DNA of 45,359 nt. Source: Catajapyx aquilonaris (Eukaryota). The stretch spans positions 1 through 45,359 of the forward strand of contig JYFJ02003189.1 in the NCBI GenBank assembly GCA_000934665.2, given 5' to 3'. Below, piece by piece: positions 33,106 to 45,359 of this stretch (positions are counted from its first letter, which is position 1; every line of letters begins with the position of its first letter). A program made the translations under genes and the position numbers. Below the pieces are notes generated by a model that ran no database searches, was not told the DNA's origin, and was given only the letters and a program-made list of their open reading frames with translations.

Positions 33106-35806
33106 TACACATAGACCTGCTTGTACTGTACTTGGTAGGCTACAACCAAAAATTATAAATGGAAGAATTTAAGATTTCATGAGAACTGACTTCCAGAAAA
33201 CTTCGCATTTTCAAGAGTCACCTATATGAGCATCTCTCACATGGACTGAAATGCCAAAATGAAAAAAAAATCGTCTATTTTTCAAATTCCTTTCCACTGA
33301 AACACCGTCAGCCAGTCTCTTCTTCTGTACTCCTTTAGTTTAAAAAAAATCACATGACCTTCATTCAGCGTAGCTGCCACAAGCAGTAGTCACCAATAGT
33401 CGCCATTTTTGTGCTCGAAACATTCCTTATCACTTATCCCTCTCACGTACTAATCCTCTTGGCAATGCACTCCTTTCATAGCAAAAACAGCCAAGCTACC
33501 CTGACCTTGTGCCCAGCTCTTTCAAGCGGTTTCGTCTCGGAATCGTTCCAAATGTGTTCGCTCTACTTGCCAATTCACATGGTACAAAAAACGACTTGGT
33601 AAATCGAAACACAAAGATGTTCGGAAAGCTCAGATTTTGTCGGATTGTGGCTGAAATTCGGGATATTTTTACAAAAGATATTTGAAAAATTATGCTCTCA
33701 TACAATGTGACTTTGGGCAACAACATATGAGATTTTATGAACATTTGGTCTCATGCAACATTGGTTATACAAAATGACTCCTCTTGCACATCCACTATGT
33801 GCAAAGTAAAATCAAGTCATTTTTATTGGTTTCAATTTTCGTGTAGGTTAGGTCCCTCAGACTGCATAATATCCTCAAGTTAAGGTGTTATTTGATTAAA
33901 TTGCCACAAATAAAGGGCATTTGTTCCGGTCTTGAACCTACAAAATCAACTGGGATTTTGTGACATTTAAGTGCAACCAATATCAAATGCCGTGGCGAAG
34001 AAAGATGGCGTGAGGGTGAGGGGAGGAGAAAATGTTGCGTCCCGAATACTTTCTTTATCCCACAATCCTTACGACATCCATCAGACTTAAGACACTGACG
34101 ACCACGTCTGACAATCCTCATCAGCCCAAAGGGAGCCAGACAGTCAGGTCCTATATATTGATGAATGAATTGCAAGACATGTCTACACTGACAAGATACT
34201 GCAAGGTAACGCAGAATAAGCTCCTTACTGCTTCAAAGTAATAAGTTATTACGAAAAGAACGCATCATAAAGCGATCCCTCATGGGAATAAATATCTTCG
34301 AATATTAAGGTGATTTTCTTGTAATTTCGACTCAAGTGTGGTGACAAGAATATGTTGGACCTATAGGCTACAGTACAATATTTTGATACTGCCATCAATA
34401 TTTTCCAGTGTGTAAAACAGCGAATAACATTACACCAAACCGCCCGACACAGGCTATCACTTTAAGTTTTGTGACCAGTAATGTAGCCATCTAGTCCATG
34501 ACGGCATTGGAAGTTTGGGCGTTACCATGGTAATTTATTGCAACTTCCTTCGTGATTGGTTATAAAGGTAAGTTGCTATGGTAACGCCCAAACTTCCGCT
34601 ACAGACGCAAATTAGACAACCCACATAAATATCTCCCTTCCTAATGATGTTTATGCACAGTAGGTCTATACACGTGCCAAACTTTTGGAATCTTCGCGAA
34701 AAGGCTATACGTGGGATATAAATATCCTGAGGCATCACTGCATGAAGGAAAGACGGCGCAGTACACCGTGAGTTTCAATTGCACCTCGTTTGGAAATTGT
34801 TCTATGCAGCAGTGCTTCTGCTACTTATATAGAGATCATTTACACAACACTGAGTAAACTGGAAGTTTCCAGCTCGTTTTATTTGGTTGCTAGGCACAGT
34901 ACTCTAGCACAGAGAGATCCAGACTGGACATCTGATGGTATGTCAACATGCATGGAATTTGTTGGCTCTTTTGAGTTCTTTTGTTTGGTGCCTACACAAT
35001 TCCTCCATGTTGACATGTAGTCAGATCAATCGAGGTTGGCGATACTTTGCTTACAGAAACCTATAGTAGTGGAAAGGGCGTAGATTGGGTTCAATTGACA
35101 TAATAAACTGTTAGCGACTAGTAAATGTGTAAGTAAAGAACTGTTATGTGCTGTCAGGTATTGGCACGTGTTCTCGAGTTCCACGTGCTATATCATGAAT
35201 ATCCTCCATCGTCATCTACAAATTTTGAAAGTCAGGCAAGAACCTAGGGGGTGACCAGGAAACGAAGGAATAGGTTTGGAGGCGAGAGTGCTCATTGTCG
35301 AAAATAAAATTTTGCAATAATAAAAATGCTTTTGTCAGAATGCATGTTTTTAACTGTGTATATGCATAATATATCGACTGGATATATGAACTGTACTTGT
35401 TTTATGATAACAAGTGCGAATGCACTGTATAATGTTATTTGTGCTAATTACCAGCACTCTCAAATATACCGTATAGAAAAAAAATGACGCAGCAGTAATA
35501 CGGAAAAGTTTATACTGATGATGGCGCAGTATATAGTCCACTACACTTTCAGAGTTATAGGCTAACTCTGAGTTTATTAACATATAGACTTGTAATATAA
35601 GCCATCACTTTCCTGGAGTTCCTTGGTACAGTGCCTACTGCGTGCAACATGACTGTACGTAATAATGAGTGCCTCTTGAAATTTAATTATAAAGTCGAGA
35701 CTGAATCAGAGCAGGCATTTTCTCGAAAAAGTATGAATCCAACGGCGCAATTTATTTTTTATGCAAGGTACACATGGAGAGTTTACTTTCTATTTTCCAT
35801 TCTGAA

Positions 35807-36317
35807 TAGAGCCTGTTGTGGGATCTGTGCATGCTCGCGTTCAAAATGCAATGTGTCCACCAAATGTCTGTGTTATAGTTGGTGGTCGGATGACTATTTT
35901 CAAAACAAGCTCTAAACCGGTGTTAATAATGTCTGTTAAAATGTCACGTTACAGGCTTTAGAAAATGAGTTTAAAAACAAAGTGCTTATTCAATATTGCC
36001 ATTATGATCAAACAAATTATATTTCACAAACTGTCCTCACATATCATTGTATATTATTACAAGCATTTCTGATATTAAGAATGAGTAACGTGACTGATAG
36101 GCTAGCACATTGATAACACGAGGTTGATTATTGTCATTCGTTGTTGAAAAATAATATTTTGCATAATGCATAACAAGGATCAGTCAACTTGTTCTACATT
36201 AAAGGTATTCTCAGCAGATGTTTTTTTGCTTGTAATTTATTTCAATGATTCGAGAAGGACGCACTGCATTTTGAACGTGGGCTACATATACATTACTAAC
36301 TGCCAGAGCATGCTCTA
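35807..36317. mobile_element. Old MITE with degenerate TIRs
   Basis: Ends TAGAGCCTG / CATGCTCTA. Subterminal inverted match GCTCGCGTTCAAAATGCAATGTGTCC / GGACGCACTGCATTTTGAACGTGGGC. No TSD. Confidence 0.45.
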
Positions 36318-37358
36318 GCTTTATGAACTGTACCCTCTACACTCAGAGGCCATGCAGGGATGCTTGCATTAAAACTTTCTGTTGCTATAATGACAGAGCA
36401 CTACATCGCTGTAGACCACTTCAGAGTTTTTAATTCAGTTATGCAATGCAAAAATTCATAGCTGTCCCAAGAAAATGCAGTGAATCAAAATATATGAATG
36501 TTGTAAAATAATAAAGGAGATGCGTTAAAAAACTTTCACATAGTGGTTTATAATCCTATGTGCGATATTGCTTTAGAAATCAGACGACCTTGGTTTTTGC
36601 TTCATGTGTTTGATTTGTACTGTATTGTAGCCTACGTCACACTGTTGAGTAACAAACCATTACCGTTACCATGCACTCTATAGGAAAGGATTTCTTTTCT
36701 TTGCACTGTCTGGTTGTGAGAATCAATACAGCACTCGCTCCTATCATGTCTATAAATGGACATAGATGTTCGTTGTTACCAAATTGGATTATTTTCCAGT
36801 GCTTCTAAAGTTGAATATGAAAATGCAGCAGGGAGGGTCCCAACTCCTCCCTCAGGCTACAACATACTGTAGGAAAAGCACTTGGAAATGTAAATAAATT
36901 GCATTCAATCAAATGATATCATGCTTTGCGTTCCATTAATTAATAATCAGACGTAGGAGGAACATTATCAAATTTTTATCTGTTATGTCACAAATTGCAC
37001 ACAACAATATTTGTATTTAACCATGACATTAACCTATAATTTTGGCTACATTGTGCAAAACTATCAACCACACATGTATTACGTTATTCCTGTAACATTC
37101 ACTGCTTGGTCTAGTGCTTAGGTAAATATATGAACACTAGAGCATATTTTCATGGGATATGGACGACATCACCTGAGTTGAACCCGGTTGAACCCCATTG
37201 ACCATGTGACTTTTCTCCCTTCCAAACACTGGTTTACCCCTAACACTGAATAGGCACGTCACAAGATAACATTCATATACTATAGTATTAAAGTCATCAA
37301 CATGTATGACTACTGTGACATATTGCAAACAGTAAGGAGAAACAGAAATTGGACTCAC

Positions 37359-37483
37359 CAATGAATAAGCACGTTTCCTCCTTTCAACCTGGCCGTATGG
37401 ATAAAGTCGTTGCAAACTGGGAAGAACTGGGTGAGGTTCTGCTGAGGCGAATCCGAAGCCAGGATGCATAGGTACTCCTTATC
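37359..37483 (-). CDS. DUSP22: DUSP22/15-like phosphatase, exon with general-acid Asp loop
   Basis: Acceptor TTTGCAG|GAT. Reads DKEYLCILASDSPQQNLTQFFPVCNDFIHTARLKGGNVLIH plus TG. Donor TG|GTGAGT. Missed by the ORF track. Confidence 0.96.
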
Positions 37484-37986
37484 CTGCAAACAGGGAAAGA
37501 GAATACTGGATTCCAGAGAGGCCTGCTTGACCTGGGAGATTCCTCTTTCAAAGTGGTTTTCTGCTCCCTTTCTGCCTCTAAATTGGATACAACTCCAGTC
37601 AAGCTAGGAGAGTGCCCCAAAGTGGAAGTCGACCGAATCCGAGAATCACTTCACAGCACAGATAGGGGATATATGCAATGGTATTATTGCATTGGTATCG
37701 AATGATTGCATTATCGCTTGCTTGAGTATTTCAATATTGCTCTCACAAAATGCGGCTTGTCCTGCAGAACCATCGCAACATGTGCCATCTGCAGTATGCC
37801 CTATAACACTGTGTAGTTATTAAAGTATGCTAAAATATTCATCTACCTTCAGGCAAATATTATGACAGTCATGTGAAATCATACTATTGTTTCATATGTA
37901 GAGTACTGTACCTGCCTGCAGTGCAGGTCATTCGTAATGCACGAAGTAATGCAAGGTAGAATATTTTTCTGCTGTGCCAGAATCAC

Positions 37987-38007
37987 GATGATGATGATGA
38001 TGATGAT
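37987..38007. repeat. (GAT)n microsatellite
   Basis: Seven GAT units. Confidence 0.9.
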
Positions 38008-38258
38008 GGCGTTGTGAATAGTAGACTACACTCTTTATAATGCATAATAATATCTGTATGTATCCTTCTTAATTAGATTATTTTCTAAAATACAGTACCG
38101 TGTACTGGAAGTGATTGGATTACTTCCATTGCAGGAGCTTACGAAACGAATGAAACGTAAAGGACGTGCCCAGCGTAAGGAGTGTATATCCGGCTTTACG
38201 TCAGGTTTATATTAAATACAACATGTTGAATGAATGTTAAGAGCTAACGCTAGTCTAA

Positions 38259-38363
38259 GGGCTTGTTGCATCAACGATGGTAATCCCAGAACAAGTCATT
38301 ATTCATATATTAATAACATAGAGATAATTTGTTCTGAATTTACCTAGTTTATGCCACCGGTCC
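38259..38363. mobile_element. Tourist/PIF-Harbinger-type MITE
   Basis: TAA duplicated on both sides. Degenerate TIRs GGGCTTGTTGCATCAAC / GTTTATGCCACCGGTCC with further inverted pairing inside. Confidence 0.6.
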
Positions 38364-38848
38364 TAAGTGCCATATCAAAAATTTAAATCAAAACAACAAT
38401 TAGCGCTTAACGCTTAGTTAAGTGATTAAAGAACAGACATTATATATATTCTCTTGTAAATAATAATTTTCCTTAAGTGTGGCTTCTGTAACATTTGTAA
38501 TTATACGGGCATTGCAGTATGGAGACTTTAGCGTTTATTTTGGCTCATCCTTTATGTGCAACATGGATAACTATCCACGCTCTAGCAGATGCCCTTGGTT
38601 AAAATTAAATAAATACGCATAACCAAAGACTCCAGATTCTCATTCTAAGGACCTATGACTACTTGAGGGTAGTGAGTTAACTTATAGTTCTAATCCAATA
38701 TTCAATATAAGCAATGAACCACGACTTATATGATTCCACACATCACCTAGAGGTGGAAGCCTAAGATGGGTTATTAATATATTATTAATCAACACGTCTA
38801 AATATTTGAGTATAAGACTGACGCAAATCCTTTGGCTACCTTGTGTAG

Positions 38849-39385
38849 GTACCGGAGAGATCCGGATGTGAGCGGTACACGGCTTGGGAAAGTTGCGTAT
38901 AAGCCTACCTGTACAACTGGAATTAGGTCAGCAGTAAATGCATTGAAGCCGCGGATTGATTCGTCGCCATGTGGAAGCAAAGCTGAAATCCACTGATGTC
39001 AAAAGTATGAACAACAGACTTGGAGGTGTACGGCAAGAAAAATGTCAAACAACACAGTCAATGTTCTGGATGACACGTATGATTGCACTGACGAAACTGA
39101 TGCGTGTCCTCGACATTGAGGAAATGTAACGAGAATGACTGATTGGTTGGAATGCTGTAGCGACCGATAGCTGGGGAATTCTGGGGATGTCCAGCAGAGT
39201 GGAAGCGGCTAATGGTCAAATGGGGGCGACAGTGGTTCGATGCTGACTGCGACATTGGGCGGAGGAAGGCGACTTATCCCAGTTTGAATCTGGTTCGACA
39301 ACTTACTCTCTCGTCGGGGGCAGGAGGTGAGTTAGCTTCCTCGTCAGGATCGGCATGGAGCCTGCACTTCTTGAATCTTATATGA
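38849..39385 (+). pseudogene. Possible highly decayed non-LTR retrotransposon endonuclease (APE) fragment
   Basis: Motif traces in the expected order across frames: YRRD, GVY, IAGEF (cf. GDFN) and DRH. Heavily frameshifted. Confidence 0.3.
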
Positions 39386-39992
39386 GCCGGAGGTTGACTG
39401 GGGAGAATGAGTACTGTTGGAATAGGAAGCTCCTCGGGAATGGGAGAAGTTAAGTGGTGCAAGGGCGTACGGTCTGGTAGACGACTTTAGAGGCCTATCT
39501 CACCTGGGGGGGGGGGGGGNGGTGGAACATTGAACAGTATCTATACGACACAAAAAGGAAATGGAAGAACTTCAACAATTTTCGTAAGAGGCAGCTCCGG
39601 ATTATTGAGAAATACTACCACGTAACTTTGCTGGTTTAATCTCTCACGGAATAGGGTGGACGTGGTGAAAGTCAAAGCTGCTGAATCCGTTTACCAAGTG
39701 TGTTTACAATCCGCTTATGCAACTATTTTAAGACTCTAGTACCTTCTTTTTGAGTCATCCTAGATGTAAGGTTTCTCTGGAGAACACCTGCATCAGGTAT
39801 TGGATCATAACTTGCGGCTTAACGAATCCGTGGCATATTTGAATCAACATGTAAGCTACACAACATTTTTATGATGTCGATAAAGAATATATTGAGTCAG
39901 ATGTGCATAACCTAATTGTAGAATAAGCAGAAAGGAGACTGGGTAAGGATCAAATAACTTCGATGTAAGTGTTAAATTTCTGAGCAGCAATA

Positions 39993-40267
39993 CAGGGTGT
40001 TAATCATAAGCGTGTCACCAGAAAAGGTGGTGGTAGAGGGCGCAGGTGTGAACATTTTTGCATAAGAAACTAGGGGTAGGAAACGCACCCTCACCGAGTT
40101 ACGCCCCTTTCAAGTTTGCGGCAGGCAGTGTGCAAGAGGCGTGCGGCACGCGACGGAGTGACTCGGTGAGGGTGCGTTTCCGATCCCTAGTTCCTTATGC
40201 AAAAATGCTCACACCTGCGCCCTCTACCACCACCTTTTCTGGTGACACGCTTAGCATTAACACCCTG
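39993..40267. mobile_element. Young Tc1/mariner-type foldback MITE
   Basis: TA|CAGGGTGTTAAT...ATTAACACCCTG|TA with about 115-bp near-perfect inverted arms. Confidence 0.92.
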
Positions 40268-40697
40268 TATTTTTCCATAGGGTGTTGTCCTTGCTCAAAT
40301 TATTAATTATTAATTATGGTGAAGTCTGAAGAATGCCTGTCTCGAGATGTACTGAAACACCATACTACATCAAGATTATGTTATACCGTCTCATTTTGCG
40401 GGCAGCAACATGGCTTCACTGCTAAAACCAGCTTCAGCAATCATAGTGAAACTTGGCTGGCCAAATACCACCCTACACGGAGCTTTTCATCCCCATGTGC
40501 CGCCAGCTCAACGCAGGCACTGATTCCAACGTAAATGAGACAAGTAGTCAACAAACAAACATGCAAGAGCTGGAATACTTCAACGTCAGCGCTGGCAGCA
40601 TCACTCATAAGCAAATGCCAGAAGTTGTACAGCATAACAATGTAGTGTATCGACATTGTTATTGTCAAGTTGATCATAAGTTGATTTTTAATGTTTA

Positions 40698-41655
40698 CTA
40701 GTTGCGATACCCGTTCTTCACACGGCAAGGGCACAACACAACACGACCAAAACACTGACTACAACTCCAACGAAAGAACATGCATACGGTATATTTTCTT
40801 TCCCAGAAGGCATGCAGAGAATATCGTAACTTGTTAATGCAGTTGAATCCGGTTGTAACAAACTCGAAAGGCCGGTTCCAGCATTCCATAAGGCCCTGTG
40901 TATTTTTACCCCTGACATAACATATTCTTTTTCATCTCACGTCGACTGTAACAGACCATTTCTTGGCCCCTCGGTGGAAAAATATGCTGCTTTAAATTAC
41001 TCAGCTTCCTTTCCCATGCTGGGCAGGAAGGCACAGAATACTGAAGAGCAGAAGAGGGGGGTGATTTTCGCATCCGTCACTGATCTCAGTTTCCTAATCG
41101 TAAGTTTTGCACCACAAAGTTGAGGCACACATGTGCTCTGTTCAGAAAATTACGCATTTTTCGTGTCCGGTATAATTGTCGGACTTACGGGTTTTTAAAT
41201 ATTTTCCAGTGAAACGCGATAGCAGACTCTTACAGTCGGATAGCTAGCGATGTGCAGGGGGGAGGGGGGGGGGAGGGACTGACGGGGTGAGGAGATGAAG
41301 ATGTATGTGTGGGGGGTAGGAGTACCAGCTGAGGTGCGAGTAAAACCAGGGATTACTGGATTATGAGTCAGTTAATCCCTGGTAAAAAAAAAATGCCGCT
41401 GACGAATACCAAATTTCGTATAAAACAAATAATTTCTAAATTTTGGACATTTAGACTCAAAAAAAAGTTATGTCTTCGGACTTTTCCTGGAATCAGGAGC
41501 ACGTAATATATCAGTGTGCCAAGTTTCAGGTCTCTCATAGGTGTGCAAGTGGGTTAGGTAGCCGTGACATACATACTGTACGTTGTACATACATACATAC
41601 TGTATGTCACGTATGTATACACATACTATAGAGATTAGAGATAATATTATAAAGA
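40698..41655 (-). mobile_element. Probable non-autonomous Helitron with (ACAT)n tract
   Basis: Plus strand A|CTAG followed by hairpin CCGT-TCTTCAC-ACGG at the left end. GTGCCAAGTTTCA motif and ACAT repeats, then GA|T at the right end (41641 or 41655). Continuity of the interior is not proven. Confidence 0.5.
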
Positions 41656-42705
41656 TGTTTTTACACCCAAAGACGGGATCTACTAAGATACGTAAAGCAA
41701 CGACCCAATTTGGCCTATACTAATAGGCAAAGGCTGACTTGGCCATCTGCGGCATAATTCAGCATTTTTCCTACGCAATACGCATACTTTGAAAAATCCT
41801 CTTCTCTTAGCCGCAAGTGCTGTAACTCTAAGGCAGCTCCACCAATAAGAAAATTCTGCCAGTTTTAGCCGGCAACAGTGACATGCGGTACACTATCTTC
41901 TCGACTATCGGTGACCAACGAGTGACCCAAATGAAGCTTTTGGCGTGGGCGGCACGTGATAATTAATGGGAATGTAATTGAAAGTTTCATAATTATTTCA
42001 TTTCCCCTGAAGCTAGTTCAAGTTCGGCGTAACTATGACCCGGCTCACTAGGATCGTATGTCAGTGGCAAATCAGTCTCATCGCATGCGAAAAGTCCCGG
42101 GTTTGATTTGCGGTGACAGTATTTCAGATTTTTTTTATAGCAACGATGCTTTGTTTCCGCAAATAATTGTTATCAATAATTTATACCAATTTGTGTTATT
42201 GCCATCATTCTATAGGTTGAGATATAATTTTTAAAAACTCCATATTAATGATCATGTAGGAGAGAGCACATTCCGCTCTGAAGATCGTACAATATTAAAA
42301 TTCTAAATGACCGGTGTTGTAACTTGGTCGCCAAAGTGCATCATAATGTATAGTACCGGTAACTTACATGGGAGTCAGCAAGGGAGTCAGAACCTACTAT
42401 TTCTCTGTTGGAGGTCGCTATAAGTTTTTTAAATTAAATAAATTTTCAAAATACTATATTCTGAATTCATACGCTACCCTTTCTCTATACGTCGTAAGTC
42501 AATGTAAAACTCTCGTAGTACTTCCACGGATTGCACTGTTAAATGTCAGTCGTATACTTCCCGTGACCTAGAATGTGGTCTGGTATATACCACGACCAAA
42601 ATATTCTTGGAGAGGTCGAGTTTCATAAGGGAGCAGGATTATTGAGAATACAGGCACGTGGGCTTGGTGGCTGATATTGGAATATCTGCTGTCGGGGGCA
42701 CTCAC

Positions 42706-42822
42706 AGGGAAGAGGCGGCGTGCTGCGTCATGGATGGCGATGATGTGCGTGATCTGATGCTTCTCCAGCTGGCTCGCGTCCTTCGAATCTCTGTAGTTGC
42801 CTACGTACAGTCCGGGCAGGAT
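42706..42822 (-). CDS. DUSP22: DUSP22/15-like phosphatase, first exon visible in the window (start-codon exon lies beyond 45359)
   Basis: Acceptor GGTTTCAG|ATC. Reads ILPGLYVGNYRDSKDASQLEKHQITHIIAIHDAARRLFP. Donor CCT|GTGAGT, phase 0. No MGNGMNK-like first exon seen in 42823-45359. Confidence 0.96.
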
Positions 42823-45359
42823 CTGAAACCATACAGAGCATGCCAATTAGTGTTATACTGTACCAGCAGGATGAGATGTCACTGACAATCAGATTGACCC
42901 TAAGATTACATGGCTGTTAGAGCGTGACAGTTGAAAAACAGGTCGGTTATTTTGTACCTCAGCTGTTTCGTTAACGTCAAAATAGATTGTGTGAGATTCT
43001 ATTTCGGAGTTGTTGCATTATAGGCCTACATTGCACAATGATTTATGAGTAACATCTTTTAATGTAGGTTGCGCCGCTGTAGATAGATATGTGTTTTATG
43101 GAGGTTTTATCTTTATTATTTTTATACCTATAGCAGAAAATAACGTCATTTTGATAACACTGCTAAGCACATGTGCTTAGAGCTGCACACGAGTGTCTTC
43201 ATTACGAATGATTCCCCAACAGGAAAAAGCCATGCAGGTATATCATAAAACGTACTTGCATCGATACAACTAGCCACAGCTCTTATTTCTAAATCTAAGT
43301 TAATTAACAATTATTGAGTGTCTCAATAGAACAAAAGTATGCAAAATTGTGTGGCATTCAGCATCTGTACATCGTGTTGGTGTAAAAGTTATCCTGCGGT
43401 ATGTCATGATGGCACGACCCTTTCGGTCACATTACTTCTGTAAGTAGTCCAAATAAGTTTTACTTTTAAAACTGCTTCAATCAAAACCTGGAAGGAATTT
43501 TGATTCTCAACTCACATTGGTTTTTGCTGAACTTTCCTTCACTTCAGATCGACAACAACCCCTTTTCTTAGGGCACAACGTCCTCCTTATGCGCCCATAT
43601 TTTCAATTTGTTTCTATAACTTATCGAAGAAGCACACGCCATTGGCACTTCTGCCACCCTGCAGCCTGCACCCAACGTATACTCCCAACGTGAGCCACAG
43701 ATGATGGCAGGGATTGGGGAGAATCCTTTAGGGCCCATTTCGAATGGTTTTGCGGTACTAGCACAGCCACGTAGACCAAAAGCTGGACTGCGAAGCTGTT
43801 ATCCTGGCTATTCAGGGCAATTTGTGTCTCTCCTCTGTATTCGAATATGTCTGACTTCCAGGATCAACTATATTCATATACGCTACACGTAGTTTAACAT
43901 AAAAATAATAATGTAGGTTACTGTTTATTACAGAAATTCGCGCACACGTATTAAACGCAGAAAAGGTAAACTAATGGTACTGAAATTATTCAGATTAACG
44001 ATGTAGGCTATATTTAAAAGGCTTGTGATTACGAACATAGGATTGGATATATGATTGTAGTTTGCAGTGGCAGAGAGAATGTATTGAATAATATCCGAAG
44101 TAAGTTTAGTGCGTCTGTTTCGGAGATAGTAACAGGTTTAATGGTAATTTTGGAATCTCGGATTCAAGATGCTGCAAAGCAGGAATCCGGTTGCATTGTT
44201 TGGTGGATCAGGATATCCTCAGCTTTGCATACATGCGATGGAGCGACTAATTAGGGCCCATGCATCATGTTCTTTATAAGTCATGTTGGCCAAAAATATT
44301 ATATAGGTGTATTATTGCTTTAACCAGAGAATGGCACTAACATCACAATGAGAAATAATGACTTCCAACAATGCCAACAATAAAACTACTGTATAATAGT
44401 TAAAGGCTGTAGTTACACCAGTACCATTCTCAGGTTGAAACAATAATAATACGCACTTGATTTAGTCAGCGCGAGCATTAAAAGCAGGTTCGTTGTGGAA
44501 CAGGGCTTAATATGCAACCTCTCATACTATATGCTGTTGACTTAGATGACTTTAATGAAAGGACATATTTTCTTTTGAAACATCGGTACAATATTTTGCG
44601 TATTTGAAACTCAGTGTTCCATAATAATTATTGACATGATGCCTTTGAATAATTGAACCGCTGTTTTATTTGCTGTGTTGCATATTTACATTATTGATTT
44701 TAAATACCGCGAATAAAACTACTTTATTCTGCTATCCAAATTCCATACCACTAACTCGAAAGTGAATATTCCGTGTGTTATACACTTTGCATGTTGAGAG
44801 CACACAACCATTTGGCCTACAAATCTAGCCTTCTGCAAACGTGTCCAAAGGCTACCGATGGCATTTGTAATTTTGGGACCGTTCGAACCCGCGTAAACCA
44901 GGGAGTAGCACTCAGAACTCTGTTTTCATTCCAGTTCTGTAGCAGAACCAACTGGACAGAAACCATATTCCCTCTCACTATGTTTACACCCTGAACATCA
45001 GATACGTAGACGGTGATACCAAACCTTTTTGGTCCGTAATCACGTCAGAGAGGAGCTTCTTCAAACACTCTCAAAACGGCTAAAGCCTGGTCCGAAAAGT
45101 TGACTTATGGTCAAGTACTCTTGATAAGTTGTTCCGCTGCTAGTTCAAGCTCAGGTTTATTTTCAACAGTGCCCAAGCTTCCTAAGTTGTATATAAAATA
45201 TACAGTATTTTATATTTAAATTACTTTGAACCACCAGCACTCTAGTAAGATGCAGGGGAAGACAGTAGTTAGCATAGGCTTATTACGGAGACTCATGGAA
45301 AAATTCCGCAGTGGCGCCACCGTCTATGCGAGTTTAACATGGGAAAGCGCCACTGCGGC

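Noticed and set aside
45306..45358. 12-bp inverted repeat CCGCAGTGGCGC / GCGCCACTGCGG
   Set aside because: At the window edge; probably the centre of another MITE and cannot be delimited.

Overview
Eukaryotic, intron-rich genomic DNA from an arthropod, probably a non-dipteran insect. Evidence: GT-AG introns, TTAGG telomere-type repeats inside repeats, a CAAAATG start context, and insect-type tRNA SINEs, MITEs and Helitrons. No prokaryotic operon, CRISPR array or rRNA is present. Two spliced protein-coding genes lie in tandem on the minus strand. (1) A DUSP22/DUSP15-family atypical dual-specificity phosphatase, with exons at 42706-42822, 37359-37483, 21788-21959, 20677-20852, 20383-20627 and 18762-19045; its first exon lies beyond the right edge. 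(2) A large multi-C2H2 zinc-finger/AT-hook protein, with coding exons at 7751-8008, 4443-6062 and 2934-3535; it apparently continues past the left edge, and has a probable promoter and 5'UTR exons near 16.6 kb and 14.4 kb. The introns hold many non-autonomous TEs. Most interesting points: a recoding-type 3' end of the DUSP gene (UGA-CUAG stop followed 11 nt later by a stem-loop, a 49-nt stop-containing mini-intron, and a terminal exon open in two splice-reachable frames); uORFs in the zinc-finger gene leader, one stopping on the main ATG; chains of apparent transposon excision footprints sharing TA dinucleotides; telomere-repeat-bearing elements in (GT)n tracts; a fragment resembling mammalian MER2/Tigger; and tailless tRNA-like copies. 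All gene models were derived by hand from splice signals and frame continuity, without database searches.
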